A stretch of 64,000 nucleotides of DNA from an uncultured Subdoligranulum sp. (GTDB lineage Bacteria > Bacillota > Clostridia > Oscillospirales > Ruminococcaceae): assembly GCF_900545545.1 (NCBI RefSeq), contig NZ_UQZO01000012.1. One strand, 5' to 3'. Below are positions 21,405 through 31,020 of this stretch, in pieces. Position numbers and translations under genes: made by a program. The notes under the pieces were generated by a model. It saw only the letters and a program-made list of their open reading frames with translations. It searched no databases and had not been told where the DNA came from. Position 1 is the stretch's first letter. Each line of letters starts with the position of its first letter.

Positions 21405-24400
21405 TCAACGCTCGTTGCGGCGTTTACGCTTGCAAAGCGCCAGACCACACAGTGCTGCGGCACTGGCAAACATCACCACAGCCCACAGCATGGGATGGCT
21501 TTCATCACCGGTCTGGGCAATGGTGGAAGCGCCCGCAGCGGTCTTGCTGCCGGACTTGGGCTCATACACGCCCTCCACATTGCCGTAACCGGAAAGCTGC
21601 TTCACCGATTCCAGATAACCGCAATGGTCGCAGCGATAGCCCGCATCGGTAGCGGTCCAGTCGTGGTAACCGCAGGCCGGGCAGGTGTAGTACGGGGTGC
21701 TGCCCGACGGTGCCGGGGTCGCCGAAGGCGCTGCGGAGGATGCCGTGCTGCCCTGGTCACCCGAAGCGCCGCCCGACGTCTTTTCGCTGACCTTCCAGCT
21801 CAGCGTGATGGGCGAAAGACTGGTCACGGTAAAGCGAATCCCTTCCGCTGTCTTTGTCACAGCGGGAGTTTCCACCTGGCCGGGCGTCTTGCCGTTCATG
21901 GCCACCGTGAACATATGGGTCACGGCGAAATCGTAATCAGAAGCATTCGTTCCCTCGGGGTAGGGCAGCGTAACGGTCAGGCCTTCCTCCGGGAAGTTGT
22001 CCGGTGTAGCCTCCGCCCAGGTAGAACCGCCGTCGGTGCTGACAAACAGCTTCACATCGTGGAGTTCGGTATTCTCCGGGGTGGTTCCGGGCAACTGCCG
22101 GCTGGCCACCTTATACATGGTATCAAAGATCTCGGTCTCGGTTTCCAGGCCCGCCGCAATCAGGGATTCCGGCACTTCTTCCACGCCGGGGGTGGCTTCC
22201 AGGCGGTACTGTTCGTCACTGCCCGGCAGCACAGCAGCTTCGTTGATGGTCAGCTCCACCGCATCAATGAACGCCACTTCGTAGTTTTTCGCAGCATCCA
22301 GCGCTTCGATGGCCTGTTTCATGGCATCTGCGTTGGCCAGGCGCACAGGGTGCACACCCGGCTCCGCCTTTTCAGGCAGGCCGGTGATGACCGGCTGTAC
22401 GCCGGGTACCAGGCTTTCGCCTTCCACCACGCCGTAGTACTCCACACTGGCCGCAGGCAGCGGGTCACCCACCGTGATGCGGTTGGAGGTCAGCTGCAGG
22501 CGCACCACCACGGGGCGCTTGGCGATGCTTACCGGCACCGCCACGGAAGCGGTGGCGTAGTTCTGGGTATCGTCGGGGGTAAAGGTCAACGTGACCGTGT
22601 AGTCCCCCACGCTCTTGACTTCGGGCGTCCCTTCAGCAAAGGCCCAGGTACCGCCCACATTGGTGCTCTTCTGCAGGTCTTCCAGTGCCAGGGTCCGGCC
22701 GTCATACATTTTGCTCAGGCCTTCCACCTGAATCTGCGGCACCTCTTTTTCGGCCAGCGTAAAGTTCGCGCTGCCGTTCAGGGCCTCGGTGGTATAGTTG
22801 GTCTCCTCGGCAGCCGGGGTGAACACCCAGTACAGCGTGACGATGTCCTGCGCCTTGCCGGCAAAGCGGAAAGCGGCATCCACCGGCTGGGTATGGGCTT
22901 CGTCCTGGTACCAGGTCAGCGTGCCGTTCACCTTCTCGCTGGCGACGCCGTTGGCCGTATCGGCTGCATTGACGGTGTCCATGCCATTGCCGATGCGGAC
23001 CTGCTGGTCTGCCACCGTGTAGCGGAACGCCGCCGGGGTGATGGCCGCCGTTGCGGACTGCGGGATCGTAACGTTATAATCCTGCGCCCCCACGATCTGG
23101 GCAGCGCCGGTATTGATGCGGACGGTGCGCGCTTCGCCGACGTTCGGCTCGTCAAAGGTGCCCGTCAGGCCGGAGATGGTAATGGTATCCCCTGCCACAC
23201 CGGTTTCCACCGTGGCACTGACCACAGCATCGGTGGTGGCATCATAGACCTTGTCGGCCACTGTCACAACCGCTTCCACCGCCTTTTGGGCAATGGTGTA
23301 GGTCGTGGAAACAGTGCCGGTGTAGTTGCCGGTGCCGGTCACCGTTACCGTAACGGTACCGGCATGTACCGCTTCGCCGTCGAAGGCAACGGTGTAGTCC
23401 CCCGCCTGCAGCGATGCGCCCTCGAGGGTAACCGCCGTCACTTCGGGTTTCTGCGCCTGGCCGTTGTAGGTAAACACCGTTTCGCTGAGAGTGACTTCTG
23501 CACCGGCAAGATCCCTGGCGGCGACCGTGACGGTCAGCTCTTTTTCCAGCGGGTTATAGTTGCCGTCGCCGCTGAAGGTGGCGGCAAAGCTCTTGCTGCC
23601 CGCATCGCCCACAGACTGTGCCGGGTCATTCCAGGTCCAGCCCTCCGGCAGCTGCACATCCGCCAGGGTGTCGCCGTAGGTAGCGGTCAGGCCCGTGGGG
23701 GTTTCGGGGTCGGGATCGGCCTTGGCAATGGTGACCGTACCGATCTGCGTGGTGCCGATGTTTTCATGGTTTTCGTCACCGATCACGATATACCAGACCT
23801 CATAGGTACCGGCATCGGTGGCGGTGGGCAGGGCCAGCTGATAAGGGCCCTCTTTCTCGATGGCATACTGCATCTGGCCGCCTTCGGCTGCACCGGCGGT
23901 AACCAGCGTCTGGGGTTCGCCGTTGTAGGTCAGGTCCTGCACAAGCTGCGGTTCCTCGGCGACGGCAGCCAGCACCTTGGTGATGGTGACCTGTACGGTC
24001 ATCTCCACCGGCGCATACTGCTTGTCATCGTCGGGGGTAAAGAGCACGGTATAGCTGCCGGACTCCGGCACATTCACGGGGGCCTCGTCCTTCCAGCTCC
24101 AGGTACCGGGCACGCTCATGGTGCCGCTGATCTCGCTGGCAGCCACAGCCTTGCCGTCGTAAGGATGGGTAATGGGGTCGACCGTACCGGTGGGGACCTC
24201 CCGGGCCGTCATGGTCAGTACGATCTGCACGGTGGCATCGGCATAGTTTTCCGAGCCGATCTTCACCGTCAGGGTGGCGGTATCTTCCGCCGCACCGGCA
24301 CCCGTCAGGGTATACCGCACGGTGCCGTCCTCCGCCACGGACCAGTCGCTTACCAGGCCCTTGGCATCGGTCTTTGCATCCGCCGTATACTGCAGGGCAC

Positions 24401-27400
24401 CGGCATCCCCGGGCATCCGGCCCGCCACAGACAGGGTCTGCTCGCCGGTCAGGGTATAGCGATGCTGCGCGTTCATGGTTTCCAGCGCGGGGGCGGCAGC
24501 CTTGGCCACCGTTACCTCCAGGGACTGGGGTTCGCTGTCCGTATGGTTTCCGTCGCCTTCCACCTTATACCAGACGGTATAGGTGCCGGCCTGGGTGGCC
24601 GTGGGCAGTTCCGCCGTAAAGGGACCGTCGGCACTCAGGCTGTACACCAGCGTGCCGCCTTCGGCTTCGCCGGGCTGCACCAGTACCAGGGCACCGCCGT
24701 TGTAGGTGAGTTTGCTTTCGGCCACAGGTTTGGCCGTCACACCGGCTTGCGCCGCACCGATGGAAACCGTTACCGGCACATTGTCCGCCACAGCGTCCAA
24801 CGTGTAGCAATCGGCTTTTTCGCCGGTGAGCGCCAGGCCTTCCAGCTTGATGCGGTCATAGTCGCCCGCCTCGGTGCCGGGCAGCGTGCCCTTGACCTTG
24901 CTCAGGTCCACTGCGACACCGTCATCCGCCACCACGCCGTCCAGCGTAACGCCGGTCACCACAACATCGGCGGTGCCGTCGTAGGGTTTATCCTGGGCGG
25001 TGGCTGCGGTGACGGTCAGTGCCTTGGCCTGCGCCGTGGTATCGGCCGTAGCCGTGGCGGGCGCGTATTGGCCGTCGCTTTCCTTGGTGGCGGTGACGGT
25101 GATGGGGCCTACGCCGGTCACCGTCAGGGTGCCGTTGTCCTGAATCTGGGCCGCGCCGGTGACAATCCACTGCACCGCACCGGTCCCGCTGCCGCCTTGG
25201 GCCGTCAGGGCGATGGTATCGCCGAAGGTGACGGTTTCGGGCAGGCCGACCACCGTCAGCGCATCCTGCGCCGGCAGCGGCGGAACATTGGAATAGGTAT
25301 TATCGTAGTAATAGACGATGGGAACTTCTTTCGTACGTATCGGCATCGCGGTCATATCTTCGCGCACAAACTGGCGCCAGACCACATCCTCGTTGGAAAG
25401 GCCGTGGTTCAGCTTGTAGGTCACTTCGCCGGAATAGAACTCATCGCGCGTTCTGCTTTCGGCGCCGCTGCCACCGTTGCCGATGCCGGTACCGGCAGCG
25501 GTATCCATATAGTAGCAGTTTTCCACCGTGCCGGAGCTGAGATTGCGGCCCACAATGCCGCCGGCGTTCGGGGCGCTGCCCGTCACCACGCCGGTGCTGT
25601 AGCAGTCACGGACGGTGCCGTAGTTGGCACCGCTGATACCGCCCGCCGCGGTGTTGCCCTGGATGGTGCCGGAGTTGTCGCAGTTTTCCACCGTACCGCT
25701 GTAGATGACACCGCAGATGCCGCCTGCACCGGAATTGTTGTTGGTGATTTCTGCACGATTGCTGCACAGGCGGATGGTACCGCCGGTGAGGGATGCGCAG
25801 ATACCGGCTGCCGCCATGTCGGTGCTCTTCACCCAGCCATGGACGGTCACCCGCTCCACGATACCGCCGGCGCCCACGGTGCCGAACAAGGCACCCTCGT
25901 CCTGCGTGTCGACGTTGAGCTCATAGATAAAGTTGTCCTGGCCGTCAAAATGGCCGGTATACTCGGTATCCACGCCGATGGGGGTCCATTCCCGCTTGTT
26001 CAGGTGGATGGTGCCGGTAAGTACCGCATCCGCTGCCGCATCCTGCGCGTCGAAGTCCGCATGGGTCGTATCGCCGTTGACCAGCGCCGCAAACCAGAAC
26101 AGGTTGCCGGCGTTGCTGAGCTGATAGACACCGTTTACCTCGGTAGCCGGCTGATACTCGCCGCAGGCGCAGAAGCCCTCCTCCGTAAAGGTATGGGTAT
26201 GCACATAGCTGGGGTCATAGTCGTCGGCCGACAGCGTCAGGGGACCGTCGCCGTAAAGATTCAAGGTGTTGGGGTCGTAGGTATATTGAATGGTGCCGCT
26301 CTTCACGGTGGCCGTGTAGCCCTGCTCCACGCTGCCCGTTGCACCGGCCATGAACAGCTGATCGGGGTAGCCGATGGTGCCGCTGTCGCAGTTGGTTACG
26401 TCCACCAGATAATTCAGGCCGTCCACGGGAACGATGTTCCACATATGCAGGCCCGCCCCGGTGCCGCCGTCCATCAGGCCGGTAACGGTGTAGCAATTGA
26501 TGCCCGACATATCGCACAGATACTGGAACGCCTTGGAATAGCCTTCGCAGACCACGTTGGTGCTGGCATCCCCGTCAAACACATAGACCAGCTGCCAGGG
26601 ATCGCCGTAGGAGGCGCCGCCATTGGCCGCATCGGTATTGTAGGAGGTGCTTGCGCAGATGGCGTCCCTGTAGGCCACCAGTTTCTCGTAGTCGGATTTG
26701 CCCGCATTATCCGCCACGATCTGCCCGGCGTTTTCCATGGCATCTTGCGCAGACTGAATCCGGGCGGAATCGAAATCATAGACGGAGGCGCCCACCTTGC
26801 GGTAATCCTCCGCCACGACCATATTGATCTTTAAGCCCGACACTGCTACACCGTCCCGGGCCGGGGTCTGGGTGTAACCATACCTGTAACTGAGCGCCGT
26901 CCCCGCCTCACTTTGGAAGGTCTTGTCAAACCAGTACAGGTCCGCAGGGCAGTCGACCAGCAGGCAGTTCAGAATTTTACTGAGGTCGATGGTCTGCCCC
27001 ATTTTGTCCCCAACCGCCTGGCCGAGGTTGGCATCCTCCCAGCCGGAAATGCCCAGTTCTGCAAAGGTCCAGCTGAGCTGAAGGTCTGTGGGGATTTCGT
27101 AGGCGCTGTTTGCCTCACCGGCAGCGGCGCGTTTGGCAAAGTCTTTGAGCGTATCATAGACGATCTTCTCGTGCTCATTCAGCACGCCCGCCGTCTCGCC
27201 CCAGTTGGCCAGGGGCGCAACGCCGGACTCCCCGTACAGAAGCTGCTGCAGATAGGTTTCGAACAGCTCGTCGTTGTCGGGGGCGTCCACATCCGACAAA
27301 TCCGCCTGGATCTCATCGGTATAGATATTCTGTTGTTGTTCGGAGGCAGAAGAATCCGGTGTTTTTGCCGGCGTTTCCTGCGGGGCAGCCGTTTCCGCTG

Positions 27401-27545
27401 TCGAAGCCGCAGAGACGTCCGAGGATTCCGTCTGCTCGCTCTGTGTGGATGCTGCCGGGTTGACGGTGTCTTCCAGTGCATAGACCGGCATGGAGCCGCA
27501 CAGGACCGACAACGCCAGCAGCGCGCTGAGCAATCGTTTTTTCAT
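21405..27545 (-). CDS. Large sortase-anchored surface protein: transglutaminase-like domain, GLUG-like repeats, YDG/MBG/Ig-like stalk, C-terminal Cys4 motif
   Basis: Signal peptide MKKRLLSALLALSVLCGSMPVYA. Triad motifs VCEGY/HMWN/VDVT, AGGIVG repeats, KPYDG/KVYDA/LTYNG repeats, CPAC..CDHC, and IAQTG followed by TM and KRKRR. Confidence 0.85.
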   Translation of the reverse strand: MKKRLLSALLALSVLCGSMPVYALEDTVNPAASTQSEQTESSDVSAASTAETAAPQETPAKTPDSSASEQQQNIYTDEIQADLSDVDAPDNDELFETYLQQLLYGESGVAPLANWGETAGVLNEHEKIVYDTLKDFAKRAAAGEANSAYEIPTDLQLSWTFAELGISGWEDANLGQAVGDKMGQTIDLSKILNCLLVDCPADLYWFDKTFQSEAGTALSYRYGYTQTPARDGVAVSGLKINMVVAEDYRKVGASVYDFDSARIQSAQDAMENAGQIVADNAGKSDYEKLVAYRDAICASTSYNTDAANGGASYGDPWQLVYVFDGDASTNVVCEGYSKAFQYLCDMSGINCYTVTGLMDGGTGAGLHMWNIVPVDGLNYLVDVTNCDSGTIGYPDQLFMAGATGSVEQGYTATVKSGTIQYTYDPNTLNLYGDGPLTLSADDYDPSYVHTHTFTEEGFCACGEYQPATEVNGVYQLSNAGNLFWFAALVNGDTTHADFDAQDAAADAVLTGTIHLNKREWTPIGVDTEYTGHFDGQDNFIYELNVDTQDEGALFGTVGAGGIVERVTVHGWVKSTDMAAAGICASLTGGTIRLCSNRAEITNNNSGAGGICGVIYSGTVENCDNSGTIQGNTAAGGISGANYGTVRDCYSTGVVTGSAPNAGGIVGRNLSSGTVENCYYMDTAAGTGIGNGGSGAESRTRDEFYSGEVTYKLNHGLSNEDVVWRQFVREDMTAMPIRTKEVPIVYYYDNTYSNVPPLPAQDALTVVGLPETVTFGDTIALTAQGGSGTGAVQWIVTGAAQIQDNGTLTVTGVGPITVTATKESDGQYAPATATADTTAQAKALTVTAATAQDKPYDGTADVVVTGVTLDGVVADDGVAVDLSKVKGTLPGTEAGDYDRIKLEGLALTGEKADCYTLDAVADNVPVTVSIGAAQAGVTAKPVAESKLTYNGGALVLVQPGEAEGGTLVYSLSADGPFTAELPTATQAGTYTVWYKVEGDGNHTDSEPQSLEVTVAKAAAPALETMNAQHRYTLTGEQTLSVAGRMPGDAGALQYTADAKTDAKGLVSDWSVAEDGTVRYTLTGAGAAEDTATLTVKIGSENYADATVQIVLTMTAREVPTGTVDPITHPYDGKAVAASEISGTMSVPGTWSWKDEAPVNVPESGSYTVLFTPDDDKQYAPVEMTVQVTITKVLAAVAEEPQLVQDLTYNGEPQTLVTAGAAEGGQMQYAIEKEGPYQLALPTATDAGTYEVWYIVIGDENHENIGTTQIGTVTIAKADPDPETPTGLTATYGDTLADVQLPEGWTWNDPAQSVGDAGSKSFAATFSGDGNYNPLEKELTVTVAARDLAGAEVTLSETVFTYNGQAQKPEVTAVTLEGASLQAGDYTVAFDGEAVHAGTVTVTVTGTGNYTGTVSTTYTIAQKAVEAVVTVADKVYDATTDAVVSATVETGVAGDTITISGLTGTFDEPNVGEARTVRINTGAAQIVGAQDYNVTIPQSATAAITPAAFRYTVADQQVRIGNGMDTVNAADTANGVASEKVNGTLTWYQDEAHTQPVDAAFRFAGKAQDIVTLYWVFTPAAEETNYTTEALNGSANFTLAEKEVPQIQVEGLSKMYDGRTLALEDLQKSTNVGGTWAFAEGTPEVKSVGDYTVTLTFTPDDTQNYATASVAVPVSIAKRPVVVRLQLTSNRITVGDPLPAASVEYYGVVEGESLVPGVQPVITGLPEKAEPGVHPVRLANADAMKQAIEALDAAKNYEVAFIDAVELTINEAAVLPGSDEQYRLEATPGVEEVPESLIAAGLETETEIFDTMYKVASRQLPGTTPENTELHDVKLFVSTDGGSTWAEATPDNFPEEGLTVTLPYPEGTNASDYDFAVTHMFTVAMNGKTPGQVETPAVTKTAEGIRFTVTSLSPITLSWKVSEKTSGGASGDQGSTASSAAPSATPAPSGSTPYYTCPACGYHDWTATDAGYRCDHCGYLESVKQLSGYGNVEGVYEPKSGSKTAAGASTIAQTGDESHPMLWAVVMFASAAALCGLALCKRKRRNER

Positions 27546-27729
27546 GGTCTTTCCCCTTTTCTGCCCCGGCTGGAACGGCATTCTCCCCCGGCGGCATCGT
27601 TCTCGGCTGCTTTGCCCGCCCGGGCGGCAGGGTATTTGTCCCGGGCAACCGCAGACAAAGCATCGATTGGTATCATTTTACCACGATTCAATTGATTTGT
27701 GAATGTACAGAATACACAGATTTTGCACT

Positions 27730-27778
27730 AAAAAAGTATTCCGATACATCTTTTTGGGATGTATCGGAATATTTTTTC
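27730..27778. terminator. Intrinsic terminator after ECF operon
   Basis: TATTCCGATACATC/GATGTATCGGAATA stem with A/T runs on both sides. Confidence 0.75.
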
Positions 27779-27780
27779 AT

Positions 27781-28563
27781 TTATTCTACTTGTGCCGCCG
27801 CCACCGGGCCGGATTCCAGCAATCCGTTCTGGATGGCTTCGTGGCTGCTGTACCGGCGGTTATACTCATCCAGGGAGTACATGGGCACCAGCGTCACATC
27901 GTAGTAGGTCACCGGCAGGTCGTTTGCCTCCATCACCTGTTTGACGGTGCGCAGCACACTGTCCAGGTCCTCCTGGGCGGGAGCTCCCTGCCACAGTACC
28001 TGCATGCAGACGCGGCTGGGCACCTTTTGCAGCAGGGATACATCAAAAGACCCGTCCAGCGGGAAGTTTTCCGCATAGTTGCCGGGCACCGAGCGCCCCG
28101 CGCCTTCCCCGTCCGGCTCCCAGGCCAGGTCCAGTTCCACTGTGCGCATCTCGGGGCCATAGTTGCCGCTCAGTACCAGTTCCGGGGCGTCCTTGGCCAT
28201 GGCAGCGGCAATAAGATCGGCGCCTTCTTCCCCCATGCGATAGCAGGTATTCCAGCGGTTTTCCACCTGTTCTTCGGCACGGTCCTCGGTAAAGAGCCAG
28301 AAATCCGTGATCACATCAAAATGCGTATCGGTACTGGTTGTGGACTGCACCGTTACCCCATAGTTGAAAAACTGCCCGCTGTAGCTGGAGCTTACATAGA
28401 ATTCCTGCTCCGGGTAAAGAGTTTCGGCCCGGTGCAGCGCCCGCCACTCCGCCCAGGCACGGCTGACGGGGTCGCCGGTGACGGCATCCACCGCCAGCAA
28501 CAGACAAAGAATAATCAGAATGCCCGCCGCACCGGCCAGGCGTTTTTTCGTCTTGGTTTTCAT
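27781..28563 (-). CDS. Membrane-anchored extracytoplasmic protein of unknown function (YfjL-like N-terminus)
   Basis: N-terminal TM, then GDPVS...YP...S.DTHF. Overlaps the anti-sigma stop. Confidence 0.65.
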   Translation of the reverse strand: MKTKTKKRLAGAAGILIILCLLLAVDAVTGDPVSRAWAEWRALHRAETLYPEQEFYVSSSYSGQFFNYGVTVQSTTSTDTHFDVITDFWLFTEDRAEEQVENRWNTCYRMGEEGADLIAAAMAKDAPELVLSGNYGPEMRTVELDLAWEPDGEGAGRSVPGNYAENFPLDGSFDVSLLQKVPSRVCMQVLWQGAPAQEDLDSVLRTVKQVMEANDLPVTYYDVTLVPMYSLDEYNRRYSSHEAIQNGLLESGPVAAAQVE

Positions 28564-29144
28564 TTTGTCTTTCCTCCAAAGGCGTATTTGAGCAAAGCAG
28601 CAGCCAGCGCGCCGATCAGACAAAGCGCCGCCACTACGGCAGCCCCTGCCAGAGCAGAGACGATCCAGGCGATGGTGCCGCTGGGTTCCGGCACAAAGTA
28701 CCGGCGGGTATCCACCAGATTGAACACCGCCCAGAGCACCGCGGCCAGCGGCGGTATCGCCCGCCAGACCCGGCCGCCCATCCAGTAGGTGAAGCCGCTG
28801 ACGAAGGGGAAAATCAGCACAAAAAGCAGCCCGTTGAGAAACTGAAGGCGGCTGCTGGCCATCCCCCAGATCAGCCCGCAGGCAATAAATGTCAGCAGCC
28901 AGCCGTTGACCCGGTCCCGCAGCTTGCGCACGACTTTTTCATCGTCGGGCAGCGGGGCAGGGGCGGGATTCTCCCCCGCTTCGGGCCAGAGGGCCCGGCA
29001 AGCTTCGCAATGTTGCAGGTGGGCGCGGACCGCGGCCTCGCTCTCGGGGCTGGCCACGCCGTCCTGCACCAGCGGCAGCAGGTCGCGGCAGATCTCACAG
29101 GGCAGTGTCACGGGGGGTTCGGGGATCTTTTTCGGTTCGGACAT
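28560..29144 (-). CDS. zf-HC2 anti-sigma factor with TM helices
   Basis: CEICRDLLP...HLQHCEAC (HxxxCxxC). Start after AAGGAGG. Confidence 0.88.
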   Translation of the reverse strand: MSEPKKIPEPPVTLPCEICRDLLPLVQDGVASPESEAAVRAHLQHCEACRALWPEAGENPAPAPLPDDEKVVRKLRDRVNGWLLTFIACGLIWGMASSRLQFLNGLLFVLIFPFVSGFTYWMGGRVWRAIPPLAAVLWAVFNLVDTRRYFVPEPSGTIAWIVSALAGAAVVAALCLIGALAAALLKYAFGGKTK

Positions 29145-29145
29145 A

Positions 29146-29649
29146 TCAGTACCCCTCCTTTTGCAGAATTTGTTGCAGGGCGGTCCGGGTGCGGTGTTCC
29201 AGCACCCGCGCCGAAGATTCGGTGATTTGCAATTGCCGGGCGATCTCGGTATAGGCATAGCCCTGGGCCCGCAGTTCTACCACCTGCCGCGCCCGGGGGT
29301 TCATCCCCTCCAGGGCCTGCCGTACCCGTTCCAGGGCGCGGCGGGCGTCGGTGATTTCGGCCAGGGTATCCTGCCCGAGGCATCGCTCCAGCATGGCCTC
29401 GGGGTCATCCAGGCTGACGGTATCCCGCCGTTTGCGCAGGCTTTCCAGCCAGATGTTGCGGGCGATGCCGAAGAGCCAGGTTTTCACCCCGCAGTCTCCC
29501 CGGAAGGTGGGCAGCCGCCGCAAAGCCCGCAGAAAAGTTTCGCTGAGCAGGTCCTCGGCCTCGGCCGTATCGTGGGTGAGGTGGCATAAGTAACGGTAGA
29601 GGTCGGCGCGGTACAAGGTGTACAGCGTTTCCAGTTCCGGCAGCTTCAC
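29146..29649 (-). CDS. ECF RNA polymerase sigma factor
   Basis: AEDLLSETF, KTWLFGIARN and region 4 YAYTEIARQL. GTG start after AAAGGAGG. Confidence 0.92.
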   Translation of the reverse strand: MKLPELETLYTLYRADLYRYLCHLTHDTAEAEDLLSETFLRALRRLPTFRGDCGVKTWLFGIARNIWLESLRKRRDTVSLDDPEAMLERCLGQDTLAEITDARRALERVRQALEGMNPRARQVVELRAQGYAYTEIARQLQITESSARVLEHRTRTALQQILQKEGY

Positions 29650-29772
29650 GGGCGGTTCGCCTCCTTTCGGTGGGATTTCAGGCGCCTTACATTCTATTGG
29701 TGGCAAAAGGTGCGCCGATGTTACACCTTTTTGCAAAAAAATTCCCGGGCCAGCAGGTCCGGGAAGTATTGG

Positions 29773-30906
29773 TTACAGAATCCAGTTGAGCACCAGCAGC
29801 AGTGCCAGCATCCCCACGTTGCACACCGTGAACCAGACAAGGTAGGTGTTGCGGCGTTCGGGGCTGTTCTGGGCCACCAGCTTGTAGGAGATGAGGCTGG
29901 CCATAGAGGCGATGAGGGTACCGAGGCCCCCCAGATTGCAGCCGATGAGCAGACCCTTCCAGTCCTGGGTAAAGCCGGAGAGCAGCAGTGCGGCGGGCAC
30001 GTTGCTGATGACCTGGCTGGCCAGCACCGACACCGCCACCACGTGGCCATCCAGCACTGAAGCGATGAAATCCTTGAACCAGCCGACGCTGCCCAGGTTG
30101 CCGATGAAGATAAAGAAGGCAATGAAGGTGCCCAGCAGCGAATAGTCCACCTTGGCCAGCACACCCCGGTCATAGAACAGCAAAAACACCGCGGTGATGG
30201 CCGCGATGACCAGCGGCGGCAGCACATCGAAGATGCCCAAAAGGCAGAGGGCAAACCCGGCGCCGTAGACCGCCAGCGTGCGGGGCGGGGCCAGTTTGCT
30301 TTGCACGGTGGCAGCCTGTACCGGCACCGACTCGCACCGCAAAATCAGCAGCGCCAGACAGACCGCCGACAGCAGCGCATAGGGCAGCATGAGCCCCACC
30401 AGCTCAAAAAAGGACATACCGGATTTTGTGTAGAGATAGAGGTTCTGGGGGTTGCCCATAGGGGTGAGCATACTGCCCAGGTTGGCAGCCACCGTCTGCA
30501 ATACCACCAGCGGCACCACCAGCCAGTCCTGCCCGGCCATATGCAGCACCACCAGCGCAAAGGGCACAAAGGTGATGAGGGATACATCGTTGGTGATGAC
30601 CATGCTGCAGAAAAAAGGCAGGAACACCAGCACAAACAGCATCTTGCGGGTGGTGTCGGTGCGGCGCAGCAGGCAGTTGCCCAGCCAGACGAAGAGCCCG
30701 GCTTTCTGGAAGCCCTTCATCACCGCCATCAGGCTGAAGAGCATGGCCAGGGTCTCCCAGTCGATATACCCCGCGTAGGCCGCACTGGGCGGGTTGAAGG
30801 CCACCGACACGATGGCCAGTACCGCCGCAATACACAGTACCGTTTCCTGCTTGAAAAAGGCAGCGCACCGCTGCCCGAATCCGCTTTTCATCTTCCTATG
30901 CCTCAT
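29773..30906 (-). CDS. SLC13/CitMHS/ArsB (ion transporter superfamily) permease
   Basis: Motifs ITNDVSL, AANLGSMLTPMGNPQN, SQVISNVPAA, NLGGLGTLIASMAS. Start could also be at 30891. Confidence 0.88.
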   Translation of the reverse strand: MRHRKMKSGFGQRCAAFFKQETVLCIAAVLAIVSVAFNPPSAAYAGYIDWETLAMLFSLMAVMKGFQKAGLFVWLGNCLLRRTDTTRKMLFVLVFLPFFCSMVITNDVSLITFVPFALVVLHMAGQDWLVVPLVVLQTVAANLGSMLTPMGNPQNLYLYTKSGMSFFELVGLMLPYALLSAVCLALLILRCESVPVQAATVQSKLAPPRTLAVYGAGFALCLLGIFDVLPPLVIAAITAVFLLFYDRGVLAKVDYSLLGTFIAFFIFIGNLGSVGWFKDFIASVLDGHVVAVSVLASQVISNVPAALLLSGFTQDWKGLLIGCNLGGLGTLIASMASLISYKLVAQNSPERRNTYLVWFTVCNVGMLALLLVLNWIL

Positions 30907-30972
30907 TTACAACCAAATTTCCTACGGTATTATAGAAAACCCGCGGCGGACTGTCAATTCTCTTTTTACACA

Positions 30973-31006
30973 AAAATCCCGCCGGGCATAAAGGCCCGGC
31001 GGGATT
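30973..31006 (-). terminator. Intrinsic terminator of oxidoreductase operon
   Basis: AATCCCGCCGGGC/GCCCGGCGGGATT stem with a U-tract on the minus strand. Confidence 0.7.
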
Positions 31007-31020
31007 GGTGGTGGGGAGGA

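Noticed and set aside
21495..26834. 1779-aa plus-strand ORF
   Set aside because: Antisense shadow of the surface-protein gene. The minus-strand product has the signal peptide, domains and sorting signal.
27590..27665. Possible c-di-GMP riboswitch in the adhesin leader
   Set aside because: A GC-rich hairpin is possible, but I could not find the GEMM-I or GEMM-II conserved motifs in the right arrangement.
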